DNA of 64,000 nucleotides. Source: Bdellovibrionales bacterium (lineage in GTDB: Bacteria > Bdellovibrionota > Bdellovibrionia > Bdellovibrionales > JAUICD01). Every line of letters begins with the position of its first letter. The stretch's first letter is position 1. The stretch is taken from NCBI GenBank assembly GCA_965197425.1, contig CBDANC010000013.1, positions 96,001 to 160,000 of the forward strand, given 5' to 3'. A program made the translations under genes and the position numbers. Positions 20,752-33,790 of the stretch are shown here, one piece after another. The notes beneath the pieces were generated by a model that saw only the letters and a program-made list of their open reading frames with translations, was not told where the DNA came from and searched no databases.

Positions 20752-20820
20752 CCTATTGTAATTGGATCTAATGTACCAAAGGGTTCGTCCACGAACACAA
20801 CCGTAGGATCTTCTATGCAA
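20752..20820 (-). pseudogene. Fragment of ABC ATPase Walker B/D-loop
   Basis: IEDPTVVFVDEPFGTLDPIT versus MEDPSVMLMDEPFGALDPIT in 17292-18080. Confidence 0.8.
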
Positions 20821-20914
20821 ACATTATGATTTGCTGTTAGAGTGACCTCCATTTTTTACCACAGATCCTAGGTAAACACAAGTTTGCCACCCACAGTGAT
20901 CTGTTGAAAAAGTC

Positions 20915-21658
20915 TTATTTTAGATTATTACTGTTGTGTTCCCTTATCATGCTAATTATCTCTGCATAACCTTGTTCTAAAGCAATATCAAGAGCTGTCT
21001 CTCCAGCTCTGTTTTGGATAGTCACATCGATGTTGGGGTGAGAAAGAAGAAGTGACACCACATCCACATAATTATAAAAAACCGCCCCAATCAAAGCAGT
21101 CCAACCAGTTTGATAATTTCTAATGTTAACATCAATATCTGGGTGTAGGAGGAGCATTTCCACAACCTCAGTGTGACCATGCGTAGATGCTAAAGTGAAA
21201 GCTGTTGAACCTGAAATACCCCGTAAGTTAATACCAACTTCTCCAGCACATCTAAAAGTAAAAAAACTAGGACAATTACTGTCTAGGATCAATTTCACTA
21301 CCTCTGAATGACCATTTTTGGCGGCTAACATAAGTGCCGTATAGCTATTTGCATCCCGTTCGTTTATATAAATACGAGCTAGGTAGCTAGAGATGGCAAG
21401 AGACTTCAGGTACCACTTAACAGTATCCAGGTCGCCATTTTTTGCTGCTTCTAAAAACTCTCTATGATGTTGAAACATAACGATCTCAGATTTGTATCCA
21501 GAACCGGACAGTACATTTCTATTTGTATCTGTTATGCTATGTTTATTCTGATTATTACCTGCATTGTTGCAAGCTATGCTTGTCAGAGTGACAAAACTTA
21601 TACTGATTAAAAACAAAACTTTCACAACAGTCCCATGCCACGTCAGGGTAACACACAT
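20915..21658 (-). CDS. Ankyrin repeat lipoprotein
   Basis: Lipobox SIAC; YTALMLAAKNGH, TAFTLASTHGH, GETALDIA. Confidence 0.92.
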   Translation of the reverse strand: MCVTLTWHGTVVKVLFLISISFVTLTSIACNNAGNNQNKHSITDTNRNVLSGSGYKSEIVMFQHHREFLEAAKNGDLDTVKWYLKSLAISSYLARIYINERDANSYTALMLAAKNGHSEVVKLILDSNCPSFFTFRCAGEVGINLRGISGSTAFTLASTHGHTEVVEMLLLHPDIDVNIRNYQTGWTALIGAVFYNYVDVVSLLLSHPNIDVTIQNRAGETALDIALEQGYAEIISMIREHNSNNLK

Positions 21659-21975
21659 GCGGTGTAGATGCCAGTTATCTTACTGTGTTTTGTATTGACT
21701 TCAAAAATCTAAATTAGGTTGATAGATGATAAGTCCCTGTAAAACATTTGATGTTTAATTTTTATTCCCCGGCATCTCGTTATTGGTTCACCCCCCTGGT
21801 ATGAAATGGACATCGTCACAAATAAGTGTTGGTTCATCAAACTTTCAAAACACCAAAAACCATCAGTTAGAGGTCTTGATATGTAAATATTTACAGGTCG
21901 TTGGTTTTTACACCCTCCAATATGATACTTGCTGTATAGTGTCAACCAACGTATTTCAAAGTTTGAGGAATTACA

Positions 21976-22818
21976 GTGGAATGTTTTCGCATTATTGTGG
22001 CAGGGGTTTTTGCCCTTACTTGCTCTAAAACAGCGGTTGCTGGGAGTAATAACCTACTCTCAATATCGGCACCTGGTGGCTGTCAGATCATGCCCTTGGT
22101 TGATGATATAAATAAACTGAATTTAGAAGATCCTGAGTTCGAAATAGAGCTCTTGGAAGCACTAGCTCAAAGGGATCGCAAGGGCAGGTACTATATAGCA
22201 AACTCTGAATGCAAAGATGAAATAATGCATTTTTTAAATAGAGCTTGCGATAGCAATGACCACAAACCCCAGGTGGTTTGTGAAGTTACTTATTTGCTAA
22301 CAAAAAAAGGAGCTATTTTAGAAAAGTATAAAAGTCTTTCACCTTATCAACAAAGACAAGTGCAAAGGTATTTTGACGAGCTGTATATGGATATTCTCTC
22401 AAAAGATGAAGAGACTGTCCTAGACATAACCAAAATTGATGAAGAGGAGCTGGAACCCACAAAAGAAAAATATGAAGATCAAATGACCAGCGGGATTGGC
22501 GTGTCGATTCTCGGAATAATAACGGGCCTTACATCGGGCTCTGGCCTGTATGTACTGTGGCCTGCTGAACCAATTACGATAGCATTACTTTCTCCATTTT
22601 TTATCGGCGGTTTCCTGTCACTTATATTTGGACCCTCAATCTTTTTAGAAGCTAAGAAGAGGCTGAAAACTGCAAAGGTTGAATTAAAAAAGATAGACTC
22701 TAACACCGGCCTTAAGAGTTCTGAAATGACACTTCTAATGCGGTCATTTGTAGAAAATATTAAGTTAGAATATGCCCACAAAAACAAAGAAGAGGGCTGC
22801 ATTCGTGCATTAAAATAG
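21976..22818 (+). CDS. Hypothetical exported protein, Cys-containing N domain plus two C-terminal TM helices
   Basis: Signal peptide, paralogy with 49456-49920, hydrophobic Gly-rich hairpin. Confidence 0.8.
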   Translation: MECFRIIVAGVFALTCSKTAVAGSNNLLSISAPGGCQIMPLVDDINKLNLEDPEFEIELLEALAQRDRKGRYYIANSECKDEIMHFLNRACDSNDHKPQVVCEVTYLLTKKGAILEKYKSLSPYQQRQVQRYFDELYMDILSKDEETVLDITKIDEEELEPTKEKYEDQMTSGIGVSILGIITGLTSGSGLYVLWPAEPITIALLSPFFIGGFLSLIFGPSIFLEAKKRLKTAKVELKKIDSNTGLKSSEMTLLMRSFVENIKLEYAHKNKEEGCIRALK

Positions 22819-23021
22819 AACTTGATAATTTTTGTTTGTGACTAGTTCACTTGAACCGCAAAAATTTAAAAGTTTCAACAAAATCTGCTGAACTTAGACT
22901 TTCAAAGGCAGTATATAACCATAGGAATAGATTAATACGACAGTAAACCCAAATTACGCCATATGGAAGATAAAAATGAATAAGAAAGCTGATATTAATT
23001 AAACCAAAGGACAACAATTAA

Positions 23022-23984
23022 TTGGACGACAAAGAGTTTAAAATTTTGAGTATCGATGGAGGTGGAGTAAAGGGTATCTTCGCTGTTAAAATACTGTCTC
23101 TCATAGAAAGAGAGTTGGGTATAAAAACTTATGACACATTTGACCTTATTGTTGGCACAAGCACTGGAAGTATCATAGCAGGGGCCGTGGCAACAAAATA
23201 TGACCTAACTCAACTGGTTGATGATTATTCAGACCTTGCGTTTAAAATTTTTAAGAGACGATGGTCTTCATTTGGTGGGTTTGTTAGATCAAAATACAGC
23301 AGCAAGCCTTTAGAAGCATTTGTTCGCCAAAAATTTGGAGACATCAAATTAAGACAAATTGAAAAACCTCTTATTATCAATGCTACAAATGCCAGTGCAG
23401 GAGATGTCCATGTTTTCAAAACAATCTATCAAAAAACACAAAGAAGTGGTGACTACATAAGAGATGGTGAAGTTCCATTGTTTAAAGCAATTTTGGCCTC
23501 CTGTGCAGCACCAACTTATTTTGATCCAGTAGATGTCAATGGAGATCTTATTTGTGATGGAGGTATATGGGCAAACAACCCCTCTCTAGTAGGTTATACA
23601 GACGCAGTAAACAATTTTAAGCCAACAAATATAAAAATATTATCTTTAGGTACCGGAAAATCAAAGCAAATGTATAAAAAATCAAAAAATTGGGGGGCAT
23701 TATTTGGGTGGAAGAAAACTAAACTTGTAGACTTTTTTATGTCTTGCCAAACAACATTTCCAGAAAATGTTCTAGATTTAATCAATGGAGATAAAACTCT
23801 TAGGATCAACCCTGAGGTCGAAGATTGTAAACTAGACGAGTATAAATGTATACCCAACTTAAAAAAGTTAGCAAAGGATGAATTTAAATATCATAGGGAA
23901 AAACTTGATATGTTTTTAACAACCAAGGAGAATATAAAATGGAACACGAACAAGAATTTAAAAGATTTTTATCTAATCACGTGA
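23022..23984 (+). CDS. CBASS patatin-like phospholipase effector (CapV-like)
   Basis: DGGGVKG, GTSTG, ASCAAPTYF, DGGIWANNP; overlaps CD-NTase. Confidence 0.92.
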   Translation: MDDKEFKILSIDGGGVKGIFAVKILSLIERELGIKTYDTFDLIVGTSTGSIIAGAVATKYDLTQLVDDYSDLAFKIFKRRWSSFGGFVRSKYSSKPLEAFVRQKFGDIKLRQIEKPLIINATNASAGDVHVFKTIYQKTQRSGDYIRDGEVPLFKAILASCAAPTYFDPVDVNGDLICDGGIWANNPSLVGYTDAVNNFKPTNIKILSLGTGKSKQMYKKSKNWGALFGWKKTKLVDFFMSCQTTFPENVLDLINGDKTLRINPEVEDCKLDEYKCIPNLKKLAKDEFKYHREKLDMFLTTKENIKWNTNKNLKDFYLIT

Positions 23985-24925
23985 ATCTAAATCAGGATCG
24001 GCTTGATAAGTTGAGAAGTCGTGTAGATACAATCACAGATATATCTAAAGCACATTTACCTGGTTATGTTGGATATAGTGAACAAGGCTCCTACGCTCAT
24101 GGCACCATTATTAAACCTGTGAAAGATAATGACGAATTCGATGCTGATATATTAGTGTTTATTCGAGACCATGATTTCGATCCAAATAGCTTCAAAAAAA
24201 ATTATGTAGATGAAATTTATAAAGTTTTTAAAGAGCATAAGACATACGAAGACAAAGTCACAAGAAACACCAGGTGTATAGTCATTGACTATGCTGGTGA
24301 TTTTAAATTAGATGTTGTACCTTGTGTACAGCATGATGGTATGGATTATATCACTAATAAAATAGCCAAACAGTATGAGCCAACAGATGGTGATGGGTAT
24401 AAAGGGTGGTTAAAACAGAAAAATGAAATTGTTGGTGGTAACAACTTTAAAAAAACCACTAGGCTTCTAAAATTTTTAAGAGATCATAAAAGTAATTTTT
24501 CTGTTAAGTCAATATTACTCACAACCCTCCTAGGTAACATGGTACAAGATAATGAAGATAGTAGCACTTTTGAAGATTTACCAACAACCTTGCTAGTACT
24601 CTCATGTAGGCTTGATGAGTTTCTACAAAACCGTAGTTCAATGCCAACTATTTATAATCCAGTTTTACCCAATGAGAACTTTAACAGACATTGGGACGAA
24701 ACAAAATATGATAATTTTAGAGACAAATTTGAATCTTATAGTAAACAAATCAACCAGGCTTTTCATGAAAAAGATTACAACAAAAGCATCATAAAGTGGC
24801 GTGGGTTATTTGGTGATAATTTTGGAAAGTTAATGGATATTTCATCTTCCAAAAAAATAGACGCTGTTCCTCCAATAGTGAGGGCCACTAAACCATTTGC
24901 TCATGATGATCAAATACTCAAGTGA
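23939..24925 (+). CDS. CBASS CD-NTase (SMODS nucleotidyltransferase)
   Basis: QGSYAHGTIIKP..EFDADI, RCIVIDYAGDFKLDVVP, RLLKFLRD, WRGLFGDNF; AAGGAG RBS. Confidence 0.92.
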   Translation: MEHEQEFKRFLSNHVNLNQDRLDKLRSRVDTITDISKAHLPGYVGYSEQGSYAHGTIIKPVKDNDEFDADILVFIRDHDFDPNSFKKNYVDEIYKVFKEHKTYEDKVTRNTRCIVIDYAGDFKLDVVPCVQHDGMDYITNKIAKQYEPTDGDGYKGWLKQKNEIVGGNNFKKTTRLLKFLRDHKSNFSVKSILLTTLLGNMVQDNEDSSTFEDLPTTLLVLSCRLDEFLQNRSSMPTIYNPVLPNENFNRHWDETKYDNFRDKFESYSKQINQAFHEKDYNKSIIKWRGLFGDNFGKLMDISSSKKIDAVPPIVRATKPFAHDDQILK

Positions 24926-25045
24926 TGAATTACAAAACATTAATGAATACTTTCCTCACTTATCTTGTTGATAAAAAGATCCTTTAGGTTGACCGAAGGT
25001 GTATGAAGTTAGCGAAAAAATTGAGGGGCTAGAAAAACAAATTAT
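24903..25045 (+). pseudogene. Decayed third CBASS gene (possibly E2-like)
   Basis: Overlapping start MMIKYSSDELQNINEYFPHLSC* followed by fragment PKVYEVSEKIE. Confidence 0.5.
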
Positions 25046-25351
25046 AAAAATCTATTAAATCTATAGGAAAAAATGTACGGCCCATTTGAACAAAAAGTTA
25101 GCATCATATATCTTATCGTAGCTAGAAACTTTCTTGAGATAAAAAACTATCTAAAATTACTAAATAACATGATAAATGAAAATAATATAAAAAATACAGT
25201 CGAAGAAGACACAGTTACAAAAAGTGTTGAATTTGGTAAGAAAAATGTAACTGGATCAAAAAATATAATAAGATCTATATTCTTAGAATTTGTAAAAAAG
25301 TACATATAGTCTCTGTTAATTTGAAAACTTGTCTTTTTTGACATAAGTTTT

Positions 25352-26023
25352 GTGGTACTAATGTGTAGAAGAATTGGCTTTGTAATTTTGATTACTACAA
25401 TTTCACAGACACCTTTCGCATATCCTTGCAAAAAATCTTTAACTGAAAATGGATTGCATGAGGTTTTTTATCCTGATATTTCATCAACACTCCAGGTGAA
25501 ATTTCCTACCAACAACCACAGAAACGTAGACAAGTATAATAGACTTACCAAAGCTGCCTATGAAGGAGATTTAAAAAGAGTTAAGCACTTAGTGGAAGCT
25601 AGAGGCTTCAGCGTTAACCAGCAGCATAATGTGTTAGGTTATACCTCCTTGATGTTTTCTGTGGGTTCTGGTCATACAAGTGTCGTGGAGTATTTGCTAG
25701 AAAATGATGAAATAGATGTAAACCAGGTAAATGATTTAGGGGCCACTGCCCTGATGGAGGCTTTGGGCGAAGACATCACAATTTTTAAACTTATTCTAAA
25801 TCACCCAAAAATTGATGTGAATAAAAAAGATACAATTGGCATGACTGCCTTAATACTTGCAAGCAGGTTTGGGGCTTTACACTATGTGAGGTTGCTTCTA
25901 CAAAAGCCAGGTGTTGATATCACTCTTTATGACGATGAAAGAAATACAGCGCTAGTATGGGCATCAAGAGAAGGACATTTTGATGTGACAAAAGCTATTT
26001 TAGGAAAATATAAGAGCTTTTAA
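25352..26023 (+). CDS. Exported ankyrin repeat protein
   Basis: Signal peptide; GYTSLM, GATALM, GMTALILASRFG, NTALVWASREGH. Confidence 0.92.
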   Translation: MVLMCRRIGFVILITTISQTPFAYPCKKSLTENGLHEVFYPDISSTLQVKFPTNNHRNVDKYNRLTKAAYEGDLKRVKHLVEARGFSVNQQHNVLGYTSLMFSVGSGHTSVVEYLLENDEIDVNQVNDLGATALMEALGEDITIFKLILNHPKIDVNKKDTIGMTALILASRFGALHYVRLLLQKPGVDITLYDDERNTALVWASREGHFDVTKAILGKYKSF

Positions 26024-26083
26024 CAAAAATCTCCTAGTATATTTTTCCCAAAAATCACCTAGGTTTGAAAAATTTTGCTATAG

Positions 26084-26713
26084 GTGCTACAGCTTGGGAC
26101 CGTGAAAAAAACCTGCTTTATTACTTTTCTTTTTTTAGTGCTTCAAGCATTGCCAGCATATGTTACTGCTGAATGTTTAGATGCTTTAACACCTCCGCTT
26201 GTTTTGAACGAATATAGAGTCACAATAGAGCAAGATGAGCTTAGACACGATCTCTTCAAACGTCTCGGAAACAGAAGAGTAAGTTTATTGATAAATGATA
26301 GAAACGAAGATGCTATATTAAGGTGGGCGAGTTATGAGGGTAGCGTAGATATCGTTAACTTATTAGTAAATAGCAATGGAGTTAGTGTAAATGAAAAAAG
26401 CAGCTCGGGTATGAACCCTCTTTTATTGGCAAGTTTTGCAGGCAATAGTGAAGTGGTTGAAGTGTTGGTAGGTGTACATAAAATCAATTTAAATGTAGTA
26501 GATGAGAACGGAATGACACCTCTTATGTGGGCAAGTTACAAAGGTCATCACAAGATAGTCGACATCCTGCTAAATCGTAATGTAGATTTAAGTATTACAG
26601 TCGTTGGTTTAAATGCGTCGGATCTTGCGAACAGAGCAGGACACTCTGATATAGCAGAAAAAATAGATCAAATGATGAATGGTAACCATAGCTCTAAAGT
26701 TTCATATTTATAA
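26084..26713 (+). CDS. Exported ankyrin repeat protein
   Basis: Signal peptide; GMNPLLLAS, GMTPLMWASYKGH. Confidence 0.92.
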   Translation: MLQLGTVKKTCFITFLFLVLQALPAYVTAECLDALTPPLVLNEYRVTIEQDELRHDLFKRLGNRRVSLLINDRNEDAILRWASYEGSVDIVNLLVNSNGVSVNEKSSSGMNPLLLASFAGNSEVVEVLVGVHKINLNVVDENGMTPLMWASYKGHHKIVDILLNRNVDLSITVVGLNASDLANRAGHSDIAEKIDQMMNGNHSSKVSYL

Positions 26714-26893
26714 CAGTTTCGTTTTATTCTAAATGCACTATAATAAAATGAAACTGTGATTCCTCCGTATTTCATCGATCATTAAGATATATTTAACCCT
26801 CAATAGGGTATAGGTTTTGAGGACAACAAGACAGCTTGAAATCTAAATCTCTAATAAGGTGTATGGATTTTATGAATTTAAAGGACAGGTCAT

Positions 26894-27787
26894 TTACTCC
26901 AAAAAAGTGCGGGGAGTTAGTAGTTCAACTACATCTCCGTGGCCTCCCTTTTGGGCAAGTTGGAGTGCTGTCATGCCTTCACTGTTTGTTAAATTTGGAT
27001 CAGCATTATGCATAAGAAGAAGAGAGGCTATCTCAAAACAACCATGGCGGGCTACACTCATTAGAGGTGTGTTTTCTTGATGGTCTTTAAGATTTATTAA
27101 ATCAATTCCTCTATTTTTGATAGTATCAAGCACACGTTTGACCATCATTTCATGAACTTGCCTTCTTAAATGTGACTCATGATTTACATGGTTGTCTAAA
27201 TCAGTTGCTATGGCAAGAACAGTTCTATTTTCGTTATCTCTTAACTGAAGATCAATATTTAGACGATTAAGAAGATAGTCCACTATTCCAAGGCGAAGTG
27301 TGATGTCGCTATCAAGACTAGGATCAGGTAAAAATACACCAATGAGCGCCAACATCAAGGCGGTACGTCCTTCGTTGTCCTGAATGTTCAGGTCAAGTTT
27401 TTCCGCACATCTGTGCGTGGTCCTTTTTTCGCACCTACTATTTAAAATTGCAGTTACTACGTCAAAGTGGGAGTTAAGAGAGGCCAGCATAAGTGCTGTT
27501 CTGCCATTTTGATCCTGATAGTTAATGTCAACTCGAGCAAGCCCCCCTGTAAAACTCCAAGTTTTAAGCTGCCACTTAACATAATCCACGTCACCACTTT
27601 CTGCTGCCTTTAAAAATTGTTCGTGATGACTTTGTACCGGGTTGCCAGATGCAACATCCCTATTAGACATCCTGCCATCTGCTTTCTTGTTGAAAGAGCT
27701 ACACGAAATAGAGAAAACAAAAGTTGCAAGGACAACAGTCCTAAAAAGAAACGTTAGCTTCATTACTCCCCCTCCCCCTCTTGACAT
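26894..27787 (-). CDS. Ankyrin repeat lipoprotein (probable start ATG 27763)
   Basis: Lipobox SISC; GRTALMLA x2, NTPLMSVARHG, GMTALQLA; paralogue of 20915-21658. Confidence 0.92.
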   Translation of the reverse strand: MSRGGGGVMKLTFLFRTVVLATFVFSISCSSFNKKADGRMSNRDVASGNPVQSHHEQFLKAAESGDVDYVKWQLKTWSFTGGLARVDINYQDQNGRTALMLASLNSHFDVVTAILNSRCEKRTTHRCAEKLDLNIQDNEGRTALMLALIGVFLPDPSLDSDITLRLGIVDYLLNRLNIDLQLRDNENRTVLAIATDLDNHVNHESHLRRQVHEMMVKRVLDTIKNRGIDLINLKDHQENTPLMSVARHGCFEIASLLLMHNADPNLTNSEGMTALQLAQKGGHGDVVELLTPRTFLE

Positions 27788-27820
27788 GGTCCGAGCCAGG
27801 CCAAAATCAATGAAAATAAA

Positions 27821-27937
27821 AGCTGGTATCGTGCTACTCTCCCACAGTTAATACTGCAGTACTATCGCCGCTGGCGGGCTTAACTTCTGAATTCGAAAAT
27901 GGGATCAGGTGTACCCCCACCGCTATAGAAACCAGCA
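27821..27937 (-). rRNA. rrf: 5S rRNA
   Basis: Minus strand GCTGGT...GTACACCTGATCCCATTTTCGAATTCAGAAGTTAAG...GATAGTACTG...TGGGAGAGTAG...ACCAGC. Confidence 0.95.
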
Positions 27938-28271
27938 TACTTGGTTAATTCAATGAGCCAATATAAAAATTTTTTAATACAAAAGCCCACCGAGACAACC
28001 AATTATCAAGCCGGTTCATTCAACTGGAAAACACAAGGACTTAATCCCGTGAGCCAATTGAATAAACCAGCAAAACAGTTCTAACTAATATGAAACAATT
28101 TGTCAATAAACATAGGTGCAATTATTCGCACTCAAATTCAATCTGATGGCTCTTTGCTAAAAAGTAAATCAGCCATGTAATTTCCTAGCCTTAGTCAGGC
28201 CAGGAAGAAGCCACTTAGCAAAAAAGTAGGCAGAACCTCATATTTTTTGCCTCATAAGGCTTACCTTTAAT

Positions 28272-31261
<2,990 letters not shown>

Positions 31262-31494
31262 TTTAAGATGCTTGATTTACCTCAGCAAAGAAACCATCAA
31301 ATTGAATTTGATTGTTTCATATGCAATACAGAATATTATTTCTATATTCTGTATCTTTCAAAAAAAGTTTTAAAAAACTTTTGCTTCTATTCTCAATTTT
31401 CACAGAGCAATATGGGTTGCCGGTCAATTTTCCCAGCACCAATTAAGTCTCACATTTTCAAAACATAACATAATAAAAATTGGACCCGCCACGG

Positions 31495-31523
31495 ATACTA
31501 GATAAAGTTTACTGGGATTTCAA
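31495..31523 (-). promoter_or_regulatory. Sigma-70 promoter dedicated to 23S-5S
   Basis: TTGAAA-N17-TAGTAT, GC-rich discriminator CCGTGGCGG, boxA-like TGCTCTGTGAAAA near 31397-31409. Confidence 0.7.
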
Positions 31524-31712
31524 GCTTTTATTTTGGAATTTTCACAAGGTTAAATCCTGGTTTACAGCTCGAACCAGCCTTTTACTATTTTGAAAGGCAA
31601 AAAGAGATATTAAGTGCCAAGGCAAATTGGCCTTTTTTAAAAACTAAGACCCCTTTTGATCATGATGAGTCACGAATCATTTTTTAGTACTCAGATCATA
31701 TATTTTTTATTT

Positions 31713-31729
31713 ACACTATATAATAGTGT
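31713..31729. promoter_or_regulatory. Probable TA operator palindrome over -10 element
   Basis: ACACTAT-ATA-ATAGTGT overlapping TATAAT just upstream of BrnT. Confidence 0.65.
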
Positions 31730-31742
31730 GATATAGTGTCTT

Positions 31743-32099
31743 ATGGCCAAATTTAGGTTCGTTACGTGGCTCCTGGATTGGATACTTGAAAGTGAGTCAT
31801 TTGAGTTTGTTTGGGATGTAGGTAATAGAACAAAAAACAAGACAAAACATGGCGTTGAAACAAGAGAAATTGAAGAGGTATTCCAAAAAAGATTGGCAAT
31901 TCCTTTGGGTATTCAAACCTCACCTAAGGTTGATGAGGAACGGTTTGGAATTATCGGCCCTACAAATGAAGGAAAGATTCTACAAGTCGTATTTGTTATG
32001 AGAGACAAAAAAGTGCGACCCATAAGTGCTAGGGTTGCCCACAAAAAAGAGAGGGAACAATATGAAAAAATCGTACGCAAAATCTATGAAGGAATATGA
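31743..32099 (+). CDS. BrnT family toxin (DUF497)
   Basis: FEFVWD..N..KHGV..EIEEVF, EERFGIIG, VRPISAR.A.KKER..Y. Confidence 0.92.
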   Translation: MAKFRFVTWLLDWILESESFEFVWDVGNRTKNKTKHGVETREIEEVFQKRLAIPLGIQTSPKVDEERFGIIGPTNEGKILQVVFVMRDKKVRPISARVAHKKEREQYEKIVRKIYEGI

Positions 32100-32304
32100 A
32101 AAACCATCTTATTTTGATGAAAAGCAGTTTCTTAAAGCAATGAAAAGGGTTTCTGGTGGTAGGAAACCTACCAGTGTTGCTTTAGAGGATAAAACAATAA
32201 AGGAATTAAAAAAGATAGCACGAAATAAAAACATCCCATATCAGGTGTTAATGCGTATCCTTATCCAAGATGGTCTGAAAAAGATGAGTGATACTGATAT
32301 TTGA
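32062..32304 (+). CDS. BrnA/CopG-type antitoxin
   Basis: KPTSVALE..IKELKKIA..KNIPYQVLMR RHH motif; overlaps toxin. Confidence 0.88.
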   Translation: MKKSYAKSMKEYEKPSYFDEKQFLKAMKRVSGGRKPTSVALEDKTIKELKKIARNKNIPYQVLMRILIQDGLKKMSDTDI

Positions 32305-32422
32305 TGTAGTGTTAAGAAGCCGGCCATATTGCCAGTTATAAATAAAGGTTTATTTTTTAAAATTACAAATTATGTAGTTTTTTCTTGATACGAACATGAA
32401 GATGTGAAACCATTGCCTTCAG

Positions 32423-32698
32423 GTGGGAGTTTTTATGAAAAAGTTAAAATTTTGTAGTCTTCTTTTGATTTGTCTGCTCTTTGCTGCCTGCGGGTCCGGT
32501 GATAGTAGCTCTGCTGATGTTGCACAGTTGGAACAACGGCTTTATACCTTAATGGATGAAAAAGGGCTAGATGAAGAGACGCAAGAATCTATTAAGGCTG
32601 CTGTTAAAAGTATAAAAAGTGAAAGATCAAACGCACAAATTATCAAATATTTGAATAGTCAAATTGATTTTTATACAGAATACCAACCACAGAGCTAG
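32423..32698 (+). CDS. Small lipoprotein (probable start 32435)
   Basis: MKKLKF.. lipobox FAAC-G. Confidence 0.8.
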   Translation: MGVFMKKLKFCSLLLICLLFAACGSGDSSSADVAQLEQRLYTLMDEKGLDEETQESIKAAVKSIKSERSNAQIIKYLNSQIDFYTEYQPQS

Positions 32699-32704
32699 AC
32701 AAAA

Positions 32705-33310
32705 TTGGGAGTAATTATGAAGAAAATAGCAACATTGTCAGTGTTTTTTTGTTTTTTTGGCCTAAGCCAGGTTTCTTTGGCTAATCCAGAACTTGTGGGA
32801 GAATGGGAACAGATTTCTTATGCCTGCGTGGATGGAACGACAGCATTATCTGTCCATCCTTTTGGACGTGGACAAAAGACTTCACTTGATTTTACAAGCA
32901 CGGGAAGCACAACTGGAAACGCTACCTTGAAATGGACAGGACTAGCAGTGGGAAGCGTTTTAGAGGATCAAATGGAACATGTTAGATATTGTGATGATGA
33001 GAATTCTGATATTTTTACAGATGAGCAATGTGAAGAACACAGAAATAAGTTGGCACAGATGCAAGAAACTGGGGTTGATTGTACTATAACTCACGCGGCC
33101 ACATATTCTACATCATCAGGAAGTATCGATGTTACAATTAATTCTACTACTTCGGAAGGTTGCACCCCAGGTGGAAGCATTGACGGACAAACTATTAATT
33201 TCAGTTACTCTGTAGCATCTAACCGACTATATCTAGCTCCAAACAATGTTGGTAATGTTCCTTTCACATGTGATACGGGAAGCCCTACTGTTGTTCTTAC
33301 TAAAATGTAA
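32705..33310 (+). CDS. Exported lipocalin-like protein (probable start 32717)
   Basis: Signal peptide then LVGEW motif, beta-rich, multiple Cys. Confidence 0.7.
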   Translation: MGVIMKKIATLSVFFCFFGLSQVSLANPELVGEWEQISYACVDGTTALSVHPFGRGQKTSLDFTSTGSTTGNATLKWTGLAVGSVLEDQMEHVRYCDDENSDIFTDEQCEEHRNKLAQMQETGVDCTITHAATYSTSSGSIDVTINSTTSEGCTPGGSIDGQTINFSYSVASNRLYLAPNNVGNVPFTCDTGSPTVVLTKM

Positions 33311-33614
33311 AACTCTCAAAGTATGTGCTTTTCTATTTAACCAGACTTAAACGCTGGTAGAAAAGATTTGATAAAAAAGTTTAAATTACAACAGAGTTAA
33401 CGAAATAATCGATCGTTCTTTTCAATCCTTCTTTCGGCGAAATTTTATATTTCCGCCCCAGTTTGTTCAGCAATGAGTTACCCTACATTAAAAATGCTAG
33501 ATAACTTTAAGAACAAAAAAATTTATTTTTTTATAGATAATTTATCAGAAGAAGGAACTGAAAAAGTTATTATAAACCTGACAGAAGAACTATCTCTAAA
33601 AGAGATTTCAAATT

Positions 33615-33752
33615 GAACTAGATTTGCAAGATAAAGGTGTAAAAACTGCTCTATTGCTGACAGAAAAAAATGACCATCCAGAAGCTGTGGAACTGTTAGT
33701 TAAAATTGAGAAACAGTTACAGGCTAGTAAAAATAAGTTTGGAGTTCTTTAG
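33615..33752 (+). pseudogene. Orphan 3' end of an ankyrin gene
   Basis: ELDLQDKGVKTALLL..HPEAVELLVKIEKQLQ..FGVL* parallels C-terminus of 33791-34795. Confidence 0.7.
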
Positions 33753-33790
33753 TTCTTTAAGCTACATACTTGTATGCGTGAATAAAATAT

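Noticed and set aside
21660..21975. Short ORFs between the ankyrin gene and 21976
   Set aside because: Overlapping short frames with no recognisable motif; possibly decayed coding sequence
25073..25309. 78-aa ORF as a CBASS accessory gene
   Set aside because: Very AT-rich, no motif or RBS; more likely debris
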